A DNA stretch of 46,295 bases from Novosphingobium sp. (lineage in GTDB: Bacteria > Pseudomonadota > Alphaproteobacteria > Sphingomonadales > Sphingomonadaceae). The stretch lies in assembly GCA_040509895.1 (NCBI GenBank), contig JBEVKC010000142.1:1-46295 (forward strand), given 5' to 3'. The position numbers were made by a program, and so were the translations under genes. Shown piece after piece: positions 19,954-28,978 of the stretch (the stretch's first letter is position 1; each line of letters starts with the position of its first letter). The notes beneath the pieces were generated by a model that was not told the origin of the DNA, did not search any database, and was given only the letters and a program-made list of their open reading frames with translations.

Positions 19954-21234
19954 CTAACGTTTTATGCTGAGGGCGTTGTTGCCGACAGTTACCTGCCAGC
20001 CCCGCGCGCGCAGAGCCGCAGCAAGCGACTCGAGATCGCCCGCGATGCTCACCCGCATCACCGACGTTCCGCCCACGGCAATGCTGCTGGTCGAAGCGCC
20101 TTGGACACTAGGTATCGCGCGCACTGCACCCAGAGCCGCATCGACGGCGGCAGCATCGGGTGATGCGAACTGGACAACAAACGTGCCTACGGGCTTTGCC
20201 CCCTGATTCGGGGCAACGGGGGCGCCGATGTCCGGGATGGCCGCCGCGCTGGCGTCCACCCGCGACCGCGCCTCTGCCGCAAGTGCTGACATTGCGGCAT
20301 CAAGCGCCTGCTGCTCGGCAATCAGGGTCGGGTCGGGACGCAGCTCTCCACGCGCCAGCGCCGCCTGGTAAATGCCATCGATCCGGACAAGCGCAGTGTT
20401 GAGCATGGCCGGCACCGCTGCTTCGTCCTTGGCCGTCAGGGTGAAGCTTTCAAGGAATGTATTGTCCGGGCCATAGCGTGCAGTGAACGTACCATGTACC
20501 GGGCCGCCGGGCCATTGGCGCTCCAGATGGGCAATGGGCGTGATGGCGTCCGCAGCTCCAAACTGGTCAAGCACATTGCGCCACCAGGTACGGCTGCGGC
20601 GAGTCGGCTGACCAGCCGTCAGGATCAGCGAATCGCCCCCGGCACCGGATGGGCGGACATAGTCGATGGCGCTCGCGCCGGTGCGAAAGTTGGCCCAGGC
20701 CCGCTGCCATGCGCCCCGCACCTCGAAAACCTGCGACACTCCACCAGAGGTCAGGACAGGAATCACCAGAAGTGGGGCTGAACGGGACCGGGCAATTCCA
20801 CCCTCGGTGGCTAACGGAAGGAATTGCCCGGCCCGTGCGCGGTCAAAAATTACACCGAGCGTTGCTATATATCTTCGCGGCCCGATTTGTTCCTGCTCGA
20901 TGACGATTGCCGAAACCATGCCGTCGATCTGGCCGTCCGGCATGGCTGCGCCCTTGAGCACCTCCCACGCCTTTTTCTGGGCCAGTTTCCAGCCAGCAGC
21001 GCGGGCCTCCTGCGCATTCTTGCCGGTCGTGTTGACCTTGATTCCGCTGACCTGGATGTCGCTGGTGCTCGCGACGGGAGCGATGCCGCGCTCACCCTCG
21101 ATCTGCGCCAGAAGCCGGTCGGGCCCGATCGCGGCAAGCGCCACAGCAAGCGCAAGTCCAAGGCCCATGCATAGCTGGGCTGCGGGTCCGGGTCGCCAAT
21201 CGCGCAAAGGTTTGGGAAGGAATGAAGCTGTCAT
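19954..21234 (-). CDS. Exported DUF2066-like protein with C-terminal ferredoxin/HMA-like domain
   Basis: Hydrophobic signal segment, EQIGPRRYIATLGVIFD motif, position between hdaA and purM. Start trimmed to MTASFLPK. Confidence 0.7.
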   Translation of the reverse strand: MTASFLPKPLRDWRPGPAAQLCMGLGLALAVALAAIGPDRLLAQIEGERGIAPVASTSDIQVSGIKVNTTGKNAQEARAAGWKLAQKKAWEVLKGAAMPDGQIDGMVSAIVIEQEQIGPRRYIATLGVIFDRARAGQFLPLATEGGIARSRSAPLLVIPVLTSGGVSQVFEVRGAWQRAWANFRTGASAIDYVRPSGAGGDSLILTAGQPTRRSRTWWRNVLDQFGAADAITPIAHLERQWPGGPVHGTFTARYGPDNTFLESFTLTAKDEAAVPAMLNTALVRIDGIYQAALARGELRPDPTLIAEQQALDAAMSALAAEARSRVDASAAAIPDIGAPVAPNQGAKPVGTFVVQFASPDAAAVDAALGAVRAIPSVQGASTSSIAVGGTSVMRVSIAGDLESLAAALRARGWQVTVGNNALSIKR

Positions 21235-21306
21235 CGGTGAAAAACCGTTGGCCTTTTGCCCAAAGGACAATGGAAATCCAAGCAGGAAAAGGCTAGGCGC
21301 CCACAC

Positions 21307-22410
21307 ATGTCGGAAAACCAGCCCCCCAAAAGCTATAGCTACGAGCAGGCAGGCGTCTCGATCGCCGCCGGAAACGCCCTTGTGAAGGCCATCGCGCCGC
21401 TGGCGAAAGCGACCGCCCGGCCCGGCGCCGATGCGGAGCTTGGCGGCTTCGGCGGCTTCTTTGACCTGAAGGCCGCAGGCTACAGCGACCCGCTGCTGGT
21501 CGCCGCGAATGATGGCGTCGGCACCAAGGTAAAGCTGGCCATCGATCATGACCGGCACGACCAGATCGGCATCGACCTTGTCGCCATGTGCGTGAACGAC
21601 CTGATCGTGCAGGGCGCAGAGCCGCTTTTCTTCCTCGACTATTTCGCCACCGGAAAGCTGGACAACGGCGTGGCCGAGCGCGTTGTCGCCGGCATCGCCG
21701 AGGGCTGCCGCATTGCCGGTGCCGCACTGATCGGCGGCGAGACGGCGGAAATGCCGGGCATGTATGCCGCTGGCGACTATGATCTCGCCGGCTTCTGCGT
21801 CGGCGCGGTGGAGCGTGGACAGCAGCTTACCGGAGACCGCGTTTCAGCCGATGATCAGCTTATCGGCCTCGCCTCGTCAGGCGTTCATTCCAACGGCTAT
21901 TCACTCGTGCGTCGCCTCGCCGCGGACAAGGGCTGGAAGATGGATCGCCCGGCGCTGTTCGATTCTGACCGGCTGCTGATCGATTACCTGATCGAGCCGA
22001 CTCGCATCTATGTGAAGAGCCTGCTTCCCCTGATCCGCAGCGGCAAGATCAACGCCTTGGCGCACATCACCGGCGGCGGCCTGCTGGAGAACATTCCGCG
22101 CGTGCTGCCCAAGGGCCTCCACGCACAGGTCTTCGCCGATCTCTGGCCGCAGTCGCGCCTGATGGCCTTCCTGCAGGCGCAGGGGAACATAGAGGCCGAG
22201 GAGATGGCCCGCACCTTCAACTGCGGCATCGGCATGGTACTGGTAGTCAGCCCGTCCGAGGTCGATGCAGTGAGCAAGGAACTGACCGCTGCTGGCGAGA
22301 CAGTTTACATGCTGGGCACGGTCGTGCCGGGTGAGCGCGGCACGACCGTGATCGGTACTGCTGACGCCTGGGCCGCTCGCAAGCACTGGGAAGCCGTGCA
22401 TCTTGCCTGA
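21307..22410 (+). CDS. purM: AIR synthase
   Basis: [37 protein letters not shown]. Confidence 0.98.
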   Translation: MSENQPPKSYSYEQAGVSIAAGNALVKAIAPLAKATARPGADAELGGFGGFFDLKAAGYSDPLLVAANDGVGTKVKLAIDHDRHDQIGIDLVAMCVNDLIVQGAEPLFFLDYFATGKLDNGVAERVVAGIAEGCRIAGAALIGGETAEMPGMYAAGDYDLAGFCVGAVERGQQLTGDRVSADDQLIGLASSGVHSNGYSLVRRLAADKGWKMDRPALFDSDRLLIDYLIEPTRIYVKSLLPLIRSGKINALAHITGGGLLENIPRVLPKGLHAQVFADLWPQSRLMAFLQAQGNIEAEEMARTFNCGIGMVLVVSPSEVDAVSKELTAAGETVYMLGTVVPGERGTTVIGTADAWAARKHWEAVHLA

Positions 22411-22411
22411 A

Positions 22412-23371
22412 GTGGCTGAGTCGCAGCGGGCAAAGGTCGCCGTCCTTATTTCGGGCGGTGGCACCAACATGGCCGCCCTGCTCTACGCCAGCCGCGCTGA
22501 TGATTGCCCCTATGAGATCGTGCTTGTCGCCAGCAACAACCCCGATGCGGGTGGCCTGAAGCTGGCCGAGGCCGAAGGAGTCGGCACTTTCGCCCTGCCG
22601 CACAGGGGCATGGAGCGCGGCTCGCATGACATGGCGATGGACGCCGCTATCCGGGAAAGCGGCGCCGAATATGTCGTGCTTGCCGGGTACATGCGCATCC
22701 TGACGCCGGAATTCGTCAGTGGCTGGGAGGGCCGGATGATCAACATCCACCCATCCCTGCTGCCCAAGTACAAGGGGCTGAACACCCACGCGCAGGCCAT
22801 CGACAATGGCGATAGCCACGGCGGCTGTTCGGTCCATCTGGTAACGGCCGAACTGGACGATGGCCCGGTGCTGGCGCAGACGCCGGTCGCGATTGTTCCG
22901 GGAGATACGGCCGAAACGCTGGCCGCCCGCGTGCTGATAGCAGAGCATCAGCTTTACTCGCGAACTCTCGCGCAGTTGGTGACGCAGTCCACTTCGCCGG
23001 AGTGGCTGCTTGGGCAAGTGCGCGAACGTGCGCTGGCCTTGCCCGAAGCCGCTGAGAAAATGTCCCACGGATCACCCGGCTTCTTTGTGCAGGGCGGCAA
23101 GTTCTTCGCCTATTTCAGCGCCAACCACCACGGCGACGGCAAGATCGCGCTACTGGTGAAGATCAGCGGGCTGGACGAGCAGTTGCAGTTGATTGAGAAT
23201 GATCCCGCGCGTTACGCCCGCCCAGCCTATTTCGGTGACAGCTGGATTGCAGTTCGGCTGGACATGGGCGGCACCGATTGGGACCACATCGCCGGGTGGC
23301 TGCAGCGCAGCTGGCGCATGAGCGCGCCCAAGAAACTGACAGCCCTGCTGGACGTGGCGGACGAATTTTAG
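22412..23371 (+). CDS. purN: GAR formyltransferase fused to a C-terminal YjbR/MmcQ-like domain
   Basis: ISGGGTNM, LAGYMRIL, NIHPSLLP and LDDGP. An extra ~125 aa follow (SHGSPGFFV...HHGDG...PAYFG..WI...DW). Confidence 0.92.
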   Translation: MAESQRAKVAVLISGGGTNMAALLYASRADDCPYEIVLVASNNPDAGGLKLAEAEGVGTFALPHRGMERGSHDMAMDAAIRESGAEYVVLAGYMRILTPEFVSGWEGRMINIHPSLLPKYKGLNTHAQAIDNGDSHGGCSVHLVTAELDDGPVLAQTPVAIVPGDTAETLAARVLIAEHQLYSRTLAQLVTQSTSPEWLLGQVRERALALPEAAEKMSHGSPGFFVQGGKFFAYFSANHHGDGKIALLVKISGLDEQLQLIENDPARYARPAYFGDSWIAVRLDMGGTDWDHIAGWLQRSWRMSAPKKLTALLDVADEF

Positions 23372-23463
23372 GCACTATCAGGCGATTGCACCATTACTTG
23401 ACGGGTCTGAACGGTAGTGCGACCCTTCGGGCACGCAACGTAGCGGGATGGAGAGCAATCGAA

Positions 23464-23664
23464 ATGTCCGTAGAAACTTCGTCGCTCCTGACCAAGAAAT
23501 TGAGCGCCATGGCCCTGCTCATCCTTGGGTTTCTGATTTTGAGCATGGGCTATTGGTACGATTCGTTTCTTACCATTCTCATCGGCGTATTGGCACTGGC
23601 TGCCGGGGCGGCGATTTGGATCGTCAAGATCGTCCGCCGAAACAATCCAAATTCACCCCGTTGA
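23464..23664 (+). CDS. Small two-TM membrane protein (66 aa), hypothetical
   Basis: Two hydrophobic helices followed by a basic KIVRR tail. GGAGAG upstream. Confidence 0.6.
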   Translation: MSVETSSLLTKKLSAMALLILGFLILSMGYWYDSFLTILIGVLALAAGAAIWIVKIVRRNNPNSPR

Positions 23665-23747
23665 TGCAGTAATTTTGCCAATATGTCTGGACGCGTCCGG
23701 GCGATCTACCCAGATACTTCGATTTCAATCGAAACGGGGCGATCAGG

Positions 23748-23993
23748 TTAAATCTCGGCGTAATCCACCAGCGGGCGGCTTTCGCGGGTGCCGCGATATT
23801 TGGCTTCCGGATTCGACGGATCACCCGCGATCACCACGTGATCGTCATGCACTTCCAGCAGCGTGCCGACGAAGGGAAAACCTTCCAAGCTGCCGGTTAC
23901 GCGGTAGCTGACGGTATCGCCGACCTTGAAGGTCTTTTCGTCAAAGTTGAATTCGAAGGGACAGGCCTCGTCCGCTCCACCCATGTTCTGCAT
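23748..23993 (-). CDS. Small acidic hypothetical protein (81 aa)
   Basis: Strong AAGGAGA RBS and host-like codon usage. FKVGDTV resembles SH3/KOW-type beta-barrel starts. Confidence 0.7.
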   Translation of the reverse strand: MQNMGGADEACPFEFNFDEKTFKVGDTVSYRVTGSLEGFPFVGTLLEVHDDHVVIAGDPSNPEAKYRGTRESRPLVDYAEI

Positions 23994-24047
23994 CGCAAAT
24001 CTCCTTTGGCCGACTGTTACCGCAGTGATGCAGCGTGGATCAAATGC

Positions 24048-24076
24048 AAAAGGCCGCCAGATCGCTCCGGCGGCCT
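24048..24076 (-). terminator. Intrinsic terminator after ndk
   Basis: Stem AGGCCGCC/GGCGGCCT followed by a T-run on the minus strand, about 23 nt after the ndk stop. Confidence 0.75.
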
Positions 24077-24099
24077 CTCACTATTCCGTCGTAGACAGA

Positions 24100-24522
24100 T
24101 CAGCCGACGATTTCTTCCGGCTTGAAGAAGAAGGCGATTTCGATCGCGGCGTTCTCTTCGCTGTCCGAACCGTGGACCGAGTTGGCCTCGATAGATTCGG
24201 CGAAGGTCTTACGAATCGTGCCTTCGGCAGCGTCCTTGGGGTTGGTGGCGCCCATGATGTCGCGGTTGCGGGTCACGGCGTCTTCGCCTTCCAGGACCTG
24301 AACGACGACCGGGCCCGAGATCATGAATTCGACCAGTTCACCGAAGAAGGGGCGTTCCTTGTGGACCGCGTAGAAACCTTCGGCCTGCTCGCGGGTCATG
24401 TGGATGCGCTTCGACGCGACGACGCGCAGGCCGGCTTCTTCAAGCTTCTGGGTGACGGCGCCGGTCAGGTTGCGGCGCGTGGCGTCTGGCTTGATGATCG
24501 AAAAGGTGCGGGTAGCCGCCAT
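24100..24522 (-). CDS. ndk: Nucleoside diphosphate kinase
   Basis: [29 protein letters not shown]. Confidence 0.98.
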   Translation of the reverse strand: MAATRTFSIIKPDATRRNLTGAVTQKLEEAGLRVVASKRIHMTREQAEGFYAVHKERPFFGELVEFMISGPVVVQVLEGEDAVTRNRDIMGATNPKDAAEGTIRKTFAESIEANSVHGSDSEENAAIEIAFFFKPEEIVG

Positions 24523-24596
24523 GATGCGTTCCTTGCGATTTATTATGGGGAGAGGGATGGGCGCGCCCGTAGCGGGGAATGCGCCATATCGCAAGG

Positions 24597-25031
24597 CTAC
24601 TGGACTTCGATCCAGCGGCCGCCTTCCTGCTTCCAATAGTGCCGCTCCACGCCATCGCGTGTCCTCAGCATCCGCCAGCAATCACGCGCTTTCTGGACCG
24701 TGACATCATCGAAGATAAAGAAGGTGCGCGCGAACGGCACCTCGCCATCGCGCCACTCACCGTCAGTTATCGCAATGAAACGGGCATCGTTGGCTGGGGC
24801 CGTAGCGTTCGAAAGCAGGATCGGTTGCCGCGCATCCTCGGGCCCACCAGCAAAGCCATGGGCAAGGAAAGACTCCTTCAGCCCCCACAGCGATTCGCTG
24901 ATCCGGCCAAGCTGGTCGTCATCCCCCGACACTACCAGCAGCCGCTCTCCGGCCTTGAGCGTGTTGCGCGCAATAAGCGTCAACGCCCCTTCGACCGGAT
25001 CGCGGCTGGCCTGATAGAAATCGACGCGCAT
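24597..25031 (-). CDS. holC: DNA polymerase III chi subunit
   Basis: MRVDFY, LW...SFLAHG, QPILL and R..WR motifs. TAATG coupling with pepA. Confidence 0.9.
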   Translation of the reverse strand: MRVDFYQASRDPVEGALTLIARNTLKAGERLLVVSGDDDQLGRISESLWGLKESFLAHGFAGGPEDARQPILLSNATAPANDARFIAITDGEWRDGEVPFARTFFIFDDVTVQKARDCWRMLRTRDGVERHYWKQEGGRWIEVQ

Positions 25032-26494
25032 TACTTCTCCAGCGCGTCCCGAACGTAGCGGTCGATCAGGCGCACGCCATAGCCGGTCGCGCCCTTGTCC
25101 CAGGTCGCCCCCGCCTTGTCCGCCCATACGACGCCCGCGATGTCGAGGTGCGCCCAGTTGACGCCCTTGTCGATGTAGCGCTGCAGGAACTGCGCGGCCG
25201 TGATCGAGCCGCCGTTGCGCGGGCCGACGTTCTTCATGTCGGCGATGGGGCTGTCGATGAGCTTGTCGTAGCTCGCGCCGATGGGGAGGCGCCACAGCTT
25301 GTCGCCCGAGGACTTCCCTGCAGACTGCAAGGCCTCGGCCAATGCCTCATCGTTCGAGAAGATACCGGCATATTCGCCGCCCAGCGTCGCAACGATGGCG
25401 CCGGTCAGCGTGGCGAGGTCGATGACAGTTTTGGGCGAGTATTCCTTCTGGGTCCACGTCAGCGCGTCGCACAGGACCAGCCGCCCTTCGGCGTCAGTGT
25501 TGATAACCTCGATAGTCTGGCCGGACATCGAAATCACCACGTCGCCCGGACGCTGCGCGCCGCCATCGGGCATGTTTTCCACAAGTCCGCAGATGCCGAC
25601 GACATTGGCCTTCGCCTTTCGCCCGGCCAGTGCGAGCATCGCGCCAGCAACGGCACCCGCGCCGCCCATGTCCCACTTCATGTCTTCCATGCCGGCTGGC
25701 GGCTTCAGCGAGATGCCGCCGGTATCGAAAGTCACGCCCTTGCCGACGAAGGCAGTCGGCGTTGCGCCGGCTTCTCCGCCAAGCCATTCCATCACCAGCA
25801 GGCGCGGCTTGCGATGCGAACCCTGCGCGACGCCAAGCAACGCGCCCATGCCAAGTTCGCCCATCTCCTTTTCGTCGAGCACGCGAATCTTGATGCCCGT
25901 GCCTTCCATTCGCGACTGGCATCGAGCTACGAAGCTTTCGGGATAGATGACATTGGCCGGTTCGGTGACGAGCTCGCGGGTGAATTCCACGCCCGCTGCC
26001 AGTGCAGCCTCGCGTTCCCACTCAGCCTCGGCTCCGACAGTGGCACCCAGTACGAGTACGTCCTGAAGGGTCGGCTTCTGGTCCTCCGGCAGCTTTGTCC
26101 GATAGGCGTCATGACGCCATGCGCGCAGGCGAAGGCCCAGCAGGAAACCTGCCGTCTCTGCAGGCGTTAGCCCGGAACCGGTCAGATCAAGCAACAGGGA
26201 AGTCTCACCCGATGCGAGGTATTTGCTGCTTACGACAGCGCCCGCACGTTCCACCGAACCAATGCGGCCCGCGCCGTTGAGTTCACCCAGGCCAATGAGC
26301 GCGACGCGCACCAGTTGGCCTTCCCGCTCCACAAAAGCTTCAAACGACTGCGCGGCTTTTGCTGCAAAGCGAGATGCACGCGCGCCTTCGGCAATCACCG
26401 GCTCGATATTCGCAGGCAAGGCGTCCTGGTTGGCTACGCGTACGACAAGACGCGGAGCGGGGCTCGGCAACGCATCTACGAACTGGATGTGCAT
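25031..26494 (-). CDS. pepA: Cytosol leucyl aminopeptidase (M17)
   Basis: GKGVTFDTGG, MKWDMGGA, NTDAEGRL, WAHLDIAG. GGAG RBS before MHIQF. Confidence 0.96.
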   Translation of the reverse strand: MHIQFVDALPSPAPRLVVRVANQDALPANIEPVIAEGARASRFAAKAAQSFEAFVEREGQLVRVALIGLGELNGAGRIGSVERAGAVVSSKYLASGETSLLLDLTGSGLTPAETAGFLLGLRLRAWRHDAYRTKLPEDQKPTLQDVLVLGATVGAEAEWEREAALAAGVEFTRELVTEPANVIYPESFVARCQSRMEGTGIKIRVLDEKEMGELGMGALLGVAQGSHRKPRLLVMEWLGGEAGATPTAFVGKGVTFDTGGISLKPPAGMEDMKWDMGGAGAVAGAMLALAGRKAKANVVGICGLVENMPDGGAQRPGDVVISMSGQTIEVINTDAEGRLVLCDALTWTQKEYSPKTVIDLATLTGAIVATLGGEYAGIFSNDEALAEALQSAGKSSGDKLWRLPIGASYDKLIDSPIADMKNVGPRNGGSITAAQFLQRYIDKGVNWAHLDIAGVVWADKAGATWDKGATGYGVRLIDRYVRDALEK

Positions 26495-26579
26495 GAACTC
26501 TCCTGGGGCGTGCCAATCTGGGGATACCATGTGGCAGGGGTGGATTGCAGTTAAGCAACGCCAATGCGATAGGCAAGAC

Positions 26580-28859
26580 ATGCTCCCTGCCTGTCTGCCC
26601 TCGCAGCATGCCCTCTCGTGTTGCCTGCGGACCTGGCAGGCTGGCCTCGCTGCCTTGGCGATGGCGCTGGCGTTCGCCACGCCGACTGCTCATGCTCAGG
26701 AAGCCGCAGCGGAAATTGCCCCGGAAACTGGCCCAGAAAAGGCTGGCGCCCCGCAGGAAACCGAGCAAATCGGCTTTGAGGCGGATCAGGTCGAATACAA
26801 CGACAACGACAAATTGATGACCGCGCGCGGCAATGTGGTGCTGCGCCGTCAAGATCAATCGGTGCGTGCGGACATGGTGACGTGGAACAGCGAATCCGGC
26901 CAGATCCTCGCGAGCGGCAATGTCCGAGTCGTCGATGATGACGGCAACCAGTTTTTCACAGACAGCGTCGAACTGACCGATGAGTTTGAAACCGGCAACA
27001 TGCAGAACGTGCTGCTGGCACTACGCGAAGGCGGCCGGCTTGCCGCGCGTTCCGGCAGGCGGGACGAACAGGGCAACGTCGTCATTTCTGACGCTGTCTA
27101 CAGCGCGTGCGAAATAGAAACCCGGTCGGGGTGCCCGAAAACGCCCAGCTGGCGCATCGTCGCCAAACAGGTTTCCTACATCCCCGATGAAAACATTGTC
27201 CGATTCGGCGGGGCGCGGCTTGAGCTTTTTGGAATCATCCCCGTCCCCCTGCCTGGGCTTTCCGTGTCGACCGACGGCAGTTCCACTTCGGGCTTCCTCG
27301 TACCGTCCATCAGCTATTCGCCGTCGCGCAATGGGCTTGAGCTGGCGGGCACCTATTACTGGCAGCTTGAAAAGAACCGCGACCTGTCGCTGACCGCAAC
27401 GGTGTTTTCCGAAGCGCCGCCGATGCTTTCAGGCCAATACCGCGCTCTTACCGAAAACGGTGCCTACCAGATTACCGGCTATGCCACGCGCAGCCAGGTA
27501 ATACCGGGCGATGGCCTCTTTGATACCGACAAGGAATTCCGCGGCTATCTCTTTGCCAACGGCCGGTTTCAGCTTTCGAAGAACTGGAGCATCACCGGTT
27601 CCGGTCGCTATGCCACCGACCGCACCTTCCTGCGCCGCTATGACATCAGCCGGGATGACCGCCTGCGGTCGATGGTCGACGTGGAGCGGATCGACACGAA
27701 CAGCTACTTCTCCTTTGCGGGCTGGGCGACCCAGACCATGCGGCTCAACACGCCGCAGGGCCAGGTGCCGATCGCCCTTCCCGCGATGGATTATCGCCAT
27801 CGCCTGGAAGATCCCCTGCTGGGCGGCCGCATAGAGCTTCAGGCAAACACCCTGGCCATTTTCCGGACAGACGGACAAGACACGCAGCGCGCCTTTGCGG
27901 GCGCTCGCTGGGATCTCACGAAGCTGACCGGAATGGGGCAGGAAGTCACCTTCACCGGGCTGGTACGCGGAGACGTCTATCATTCCGATGAGAACGACCT
28001 GACCCTTACGCCGATCTACCGCGGCCTCCCGGGATGGCAGACGCGGGGAATCGCGACAGCGGCAGTAGACGTGAAATGGCCCTTCGCCGGCCCGCTGCTG
28101 GGAGGGCACCAAGTACTGACACCGCGCCTCCAGCTCGTTGCTTCGCCCACGCTCAAGAACCTTGATGTCCCGAACGAAGATTCGCGGGCCATCGATCTTG
28201 AGGACAGCAACCTGTTCTCGCTCAATCGCTTCCCCGGGTACGACCGGGTCGAGGACGGCGTGCGGTTCACCTATGGTGCTGACTGGCAGTGGGAGCGCCC
28301 GCGCTGGCGAATGAAGGCGACTGTCGGCCAGTCTTATCGGCTGACAAACAAGCCTACGCTGCTCCCCAACGGCACCGGTCTGACCAGCCGCTTTTCGGAC
28401 GTTGTTGGCCGGACCGAGGTTCGCTACCGCGACTTTGTAAAGTTCACGCACCGCTACCGGATCGACAAGGACTCCTTCGCGGTCCGCCGGAACGAAATCG
28501 ACGCCACCGTCGGTAACGAGCGGACCTATGCGGAAATCGGCTACCTGCGGCTCAACCGCGACATCACCGCCTTTGAAGACCTTGCCGACCGCGAGGAACT
28601 GCGCGCGGCCGGCCGCGTGGCCTTTGCCCGCTATTGGTCGGTGTTCGGTTCCGGCGCATTCATCCTGACCGATCGGGAAGAAGACCCTCTATCCACGGCC
28701 GATGGGTTTGAGCCGCTACGCACCCGCGTTGGCGCCGCCTATGAGGACGACTGCATCGAGCTCGCCTTTACCTGGCGCCGTGACTACCAGACCACGGGCG
28801 ACGCAAAGAAAGGCAATACCTTTCAAATCTATTTCGCCCTGCGCAACCTTGGATTCTGA
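26580..28859 (+). CDS. lptD: Outer-membrane lipid assembly protein LptD
   Basis: Signal peptide (...AHA), OstA-like N-terminal domain, YSAC..C..P.W, PNEDS, NRFPGYDRVE and YEDDC. Start position uncertain. Confidence 0.92.
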   Translation: MLPACLPSQHALSCCLRTWQAGLAALAMALAFATPTAHAQEAAAEIAPETGPEKAGAPQETEQIGFEADQVEYNDNDKLMTARGNVVLRRQDQSVRADMVTWNSESGQILASGNVRVVDDDGNQFFTDSVELTDEFETGNMQNVLLALREGGRLAARSGRRDEQGNVVISDAVYSACEIETRSGCPKTPSWRIVAKQVSYIPDENIVRFGGARLELFGIIPVPLPGLSVSTDGSSTSGFLVPSISYSPSRNGLELAGTYYWQLEKNRDLSLTATVFSEAPPMLSGQYRALTENGAYQITGYATRSQVIPGDGLFDTDKEFRGYLFANGRFQLSKNWSITGSGRYATDRTFLRRYDISRDDRLRSMVDVERIDTNSYFSFAGWATQTMRLNTPQGQVPIALPAMDYRHRLEDPLLGGRIELQANTLAIFRTDGQDTQRAFAGARWDLTKLTGMGQEVTFTGLVRGDVYHSDENDLTLTPIYRGLPGWQTRGIATAAVDVKWPFAGPLLGGHQVLTPRLQLVASPTLKNLDVPNEDSRAIDLEDSNLFSLNRFPGYDRVEDGVRFTYGADWQWERPRWRMKATVGQSYRLTNKPTLLPNGTGLTSRFSDVVGRTEVRYRDFVKFTHRYRIDKDSFAVRRNEIDATVGNERTYAEIGYLRLNRDITAFEDLADREELRAAGRVAFARYWSVFGSGAFILTDREEDPLSTADGFEPLRTRVGAAYEDDCIELAFTWRRDYQTTGDAKKGNTFQIYFALRNLGF

Positions 28860-28978
28860 GACATGGCAGCAGAATCGAAAAAGCGCTATCGGACGCACTC
28901 AGCTTTGGTTAAGCCGCCCGCCAGCAGAGGCGGGCTGAAATTGGCGCACCCTGCCAGCGCCGCGGGAACAGGATCGAA

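Noticed and set aside
23926-24639. 237-aa plus-strand ORF over ndk
   Set aside because: Antisense shadow of a highly codon-biased gene. It also crosses the ndk terminator.
28916-28935. Hairpin GCCCGCC-N6-GGCGGGC between lptD and surA
   Set aside because: No U-tract and only one copy seen. At most an mRNA-stability element.
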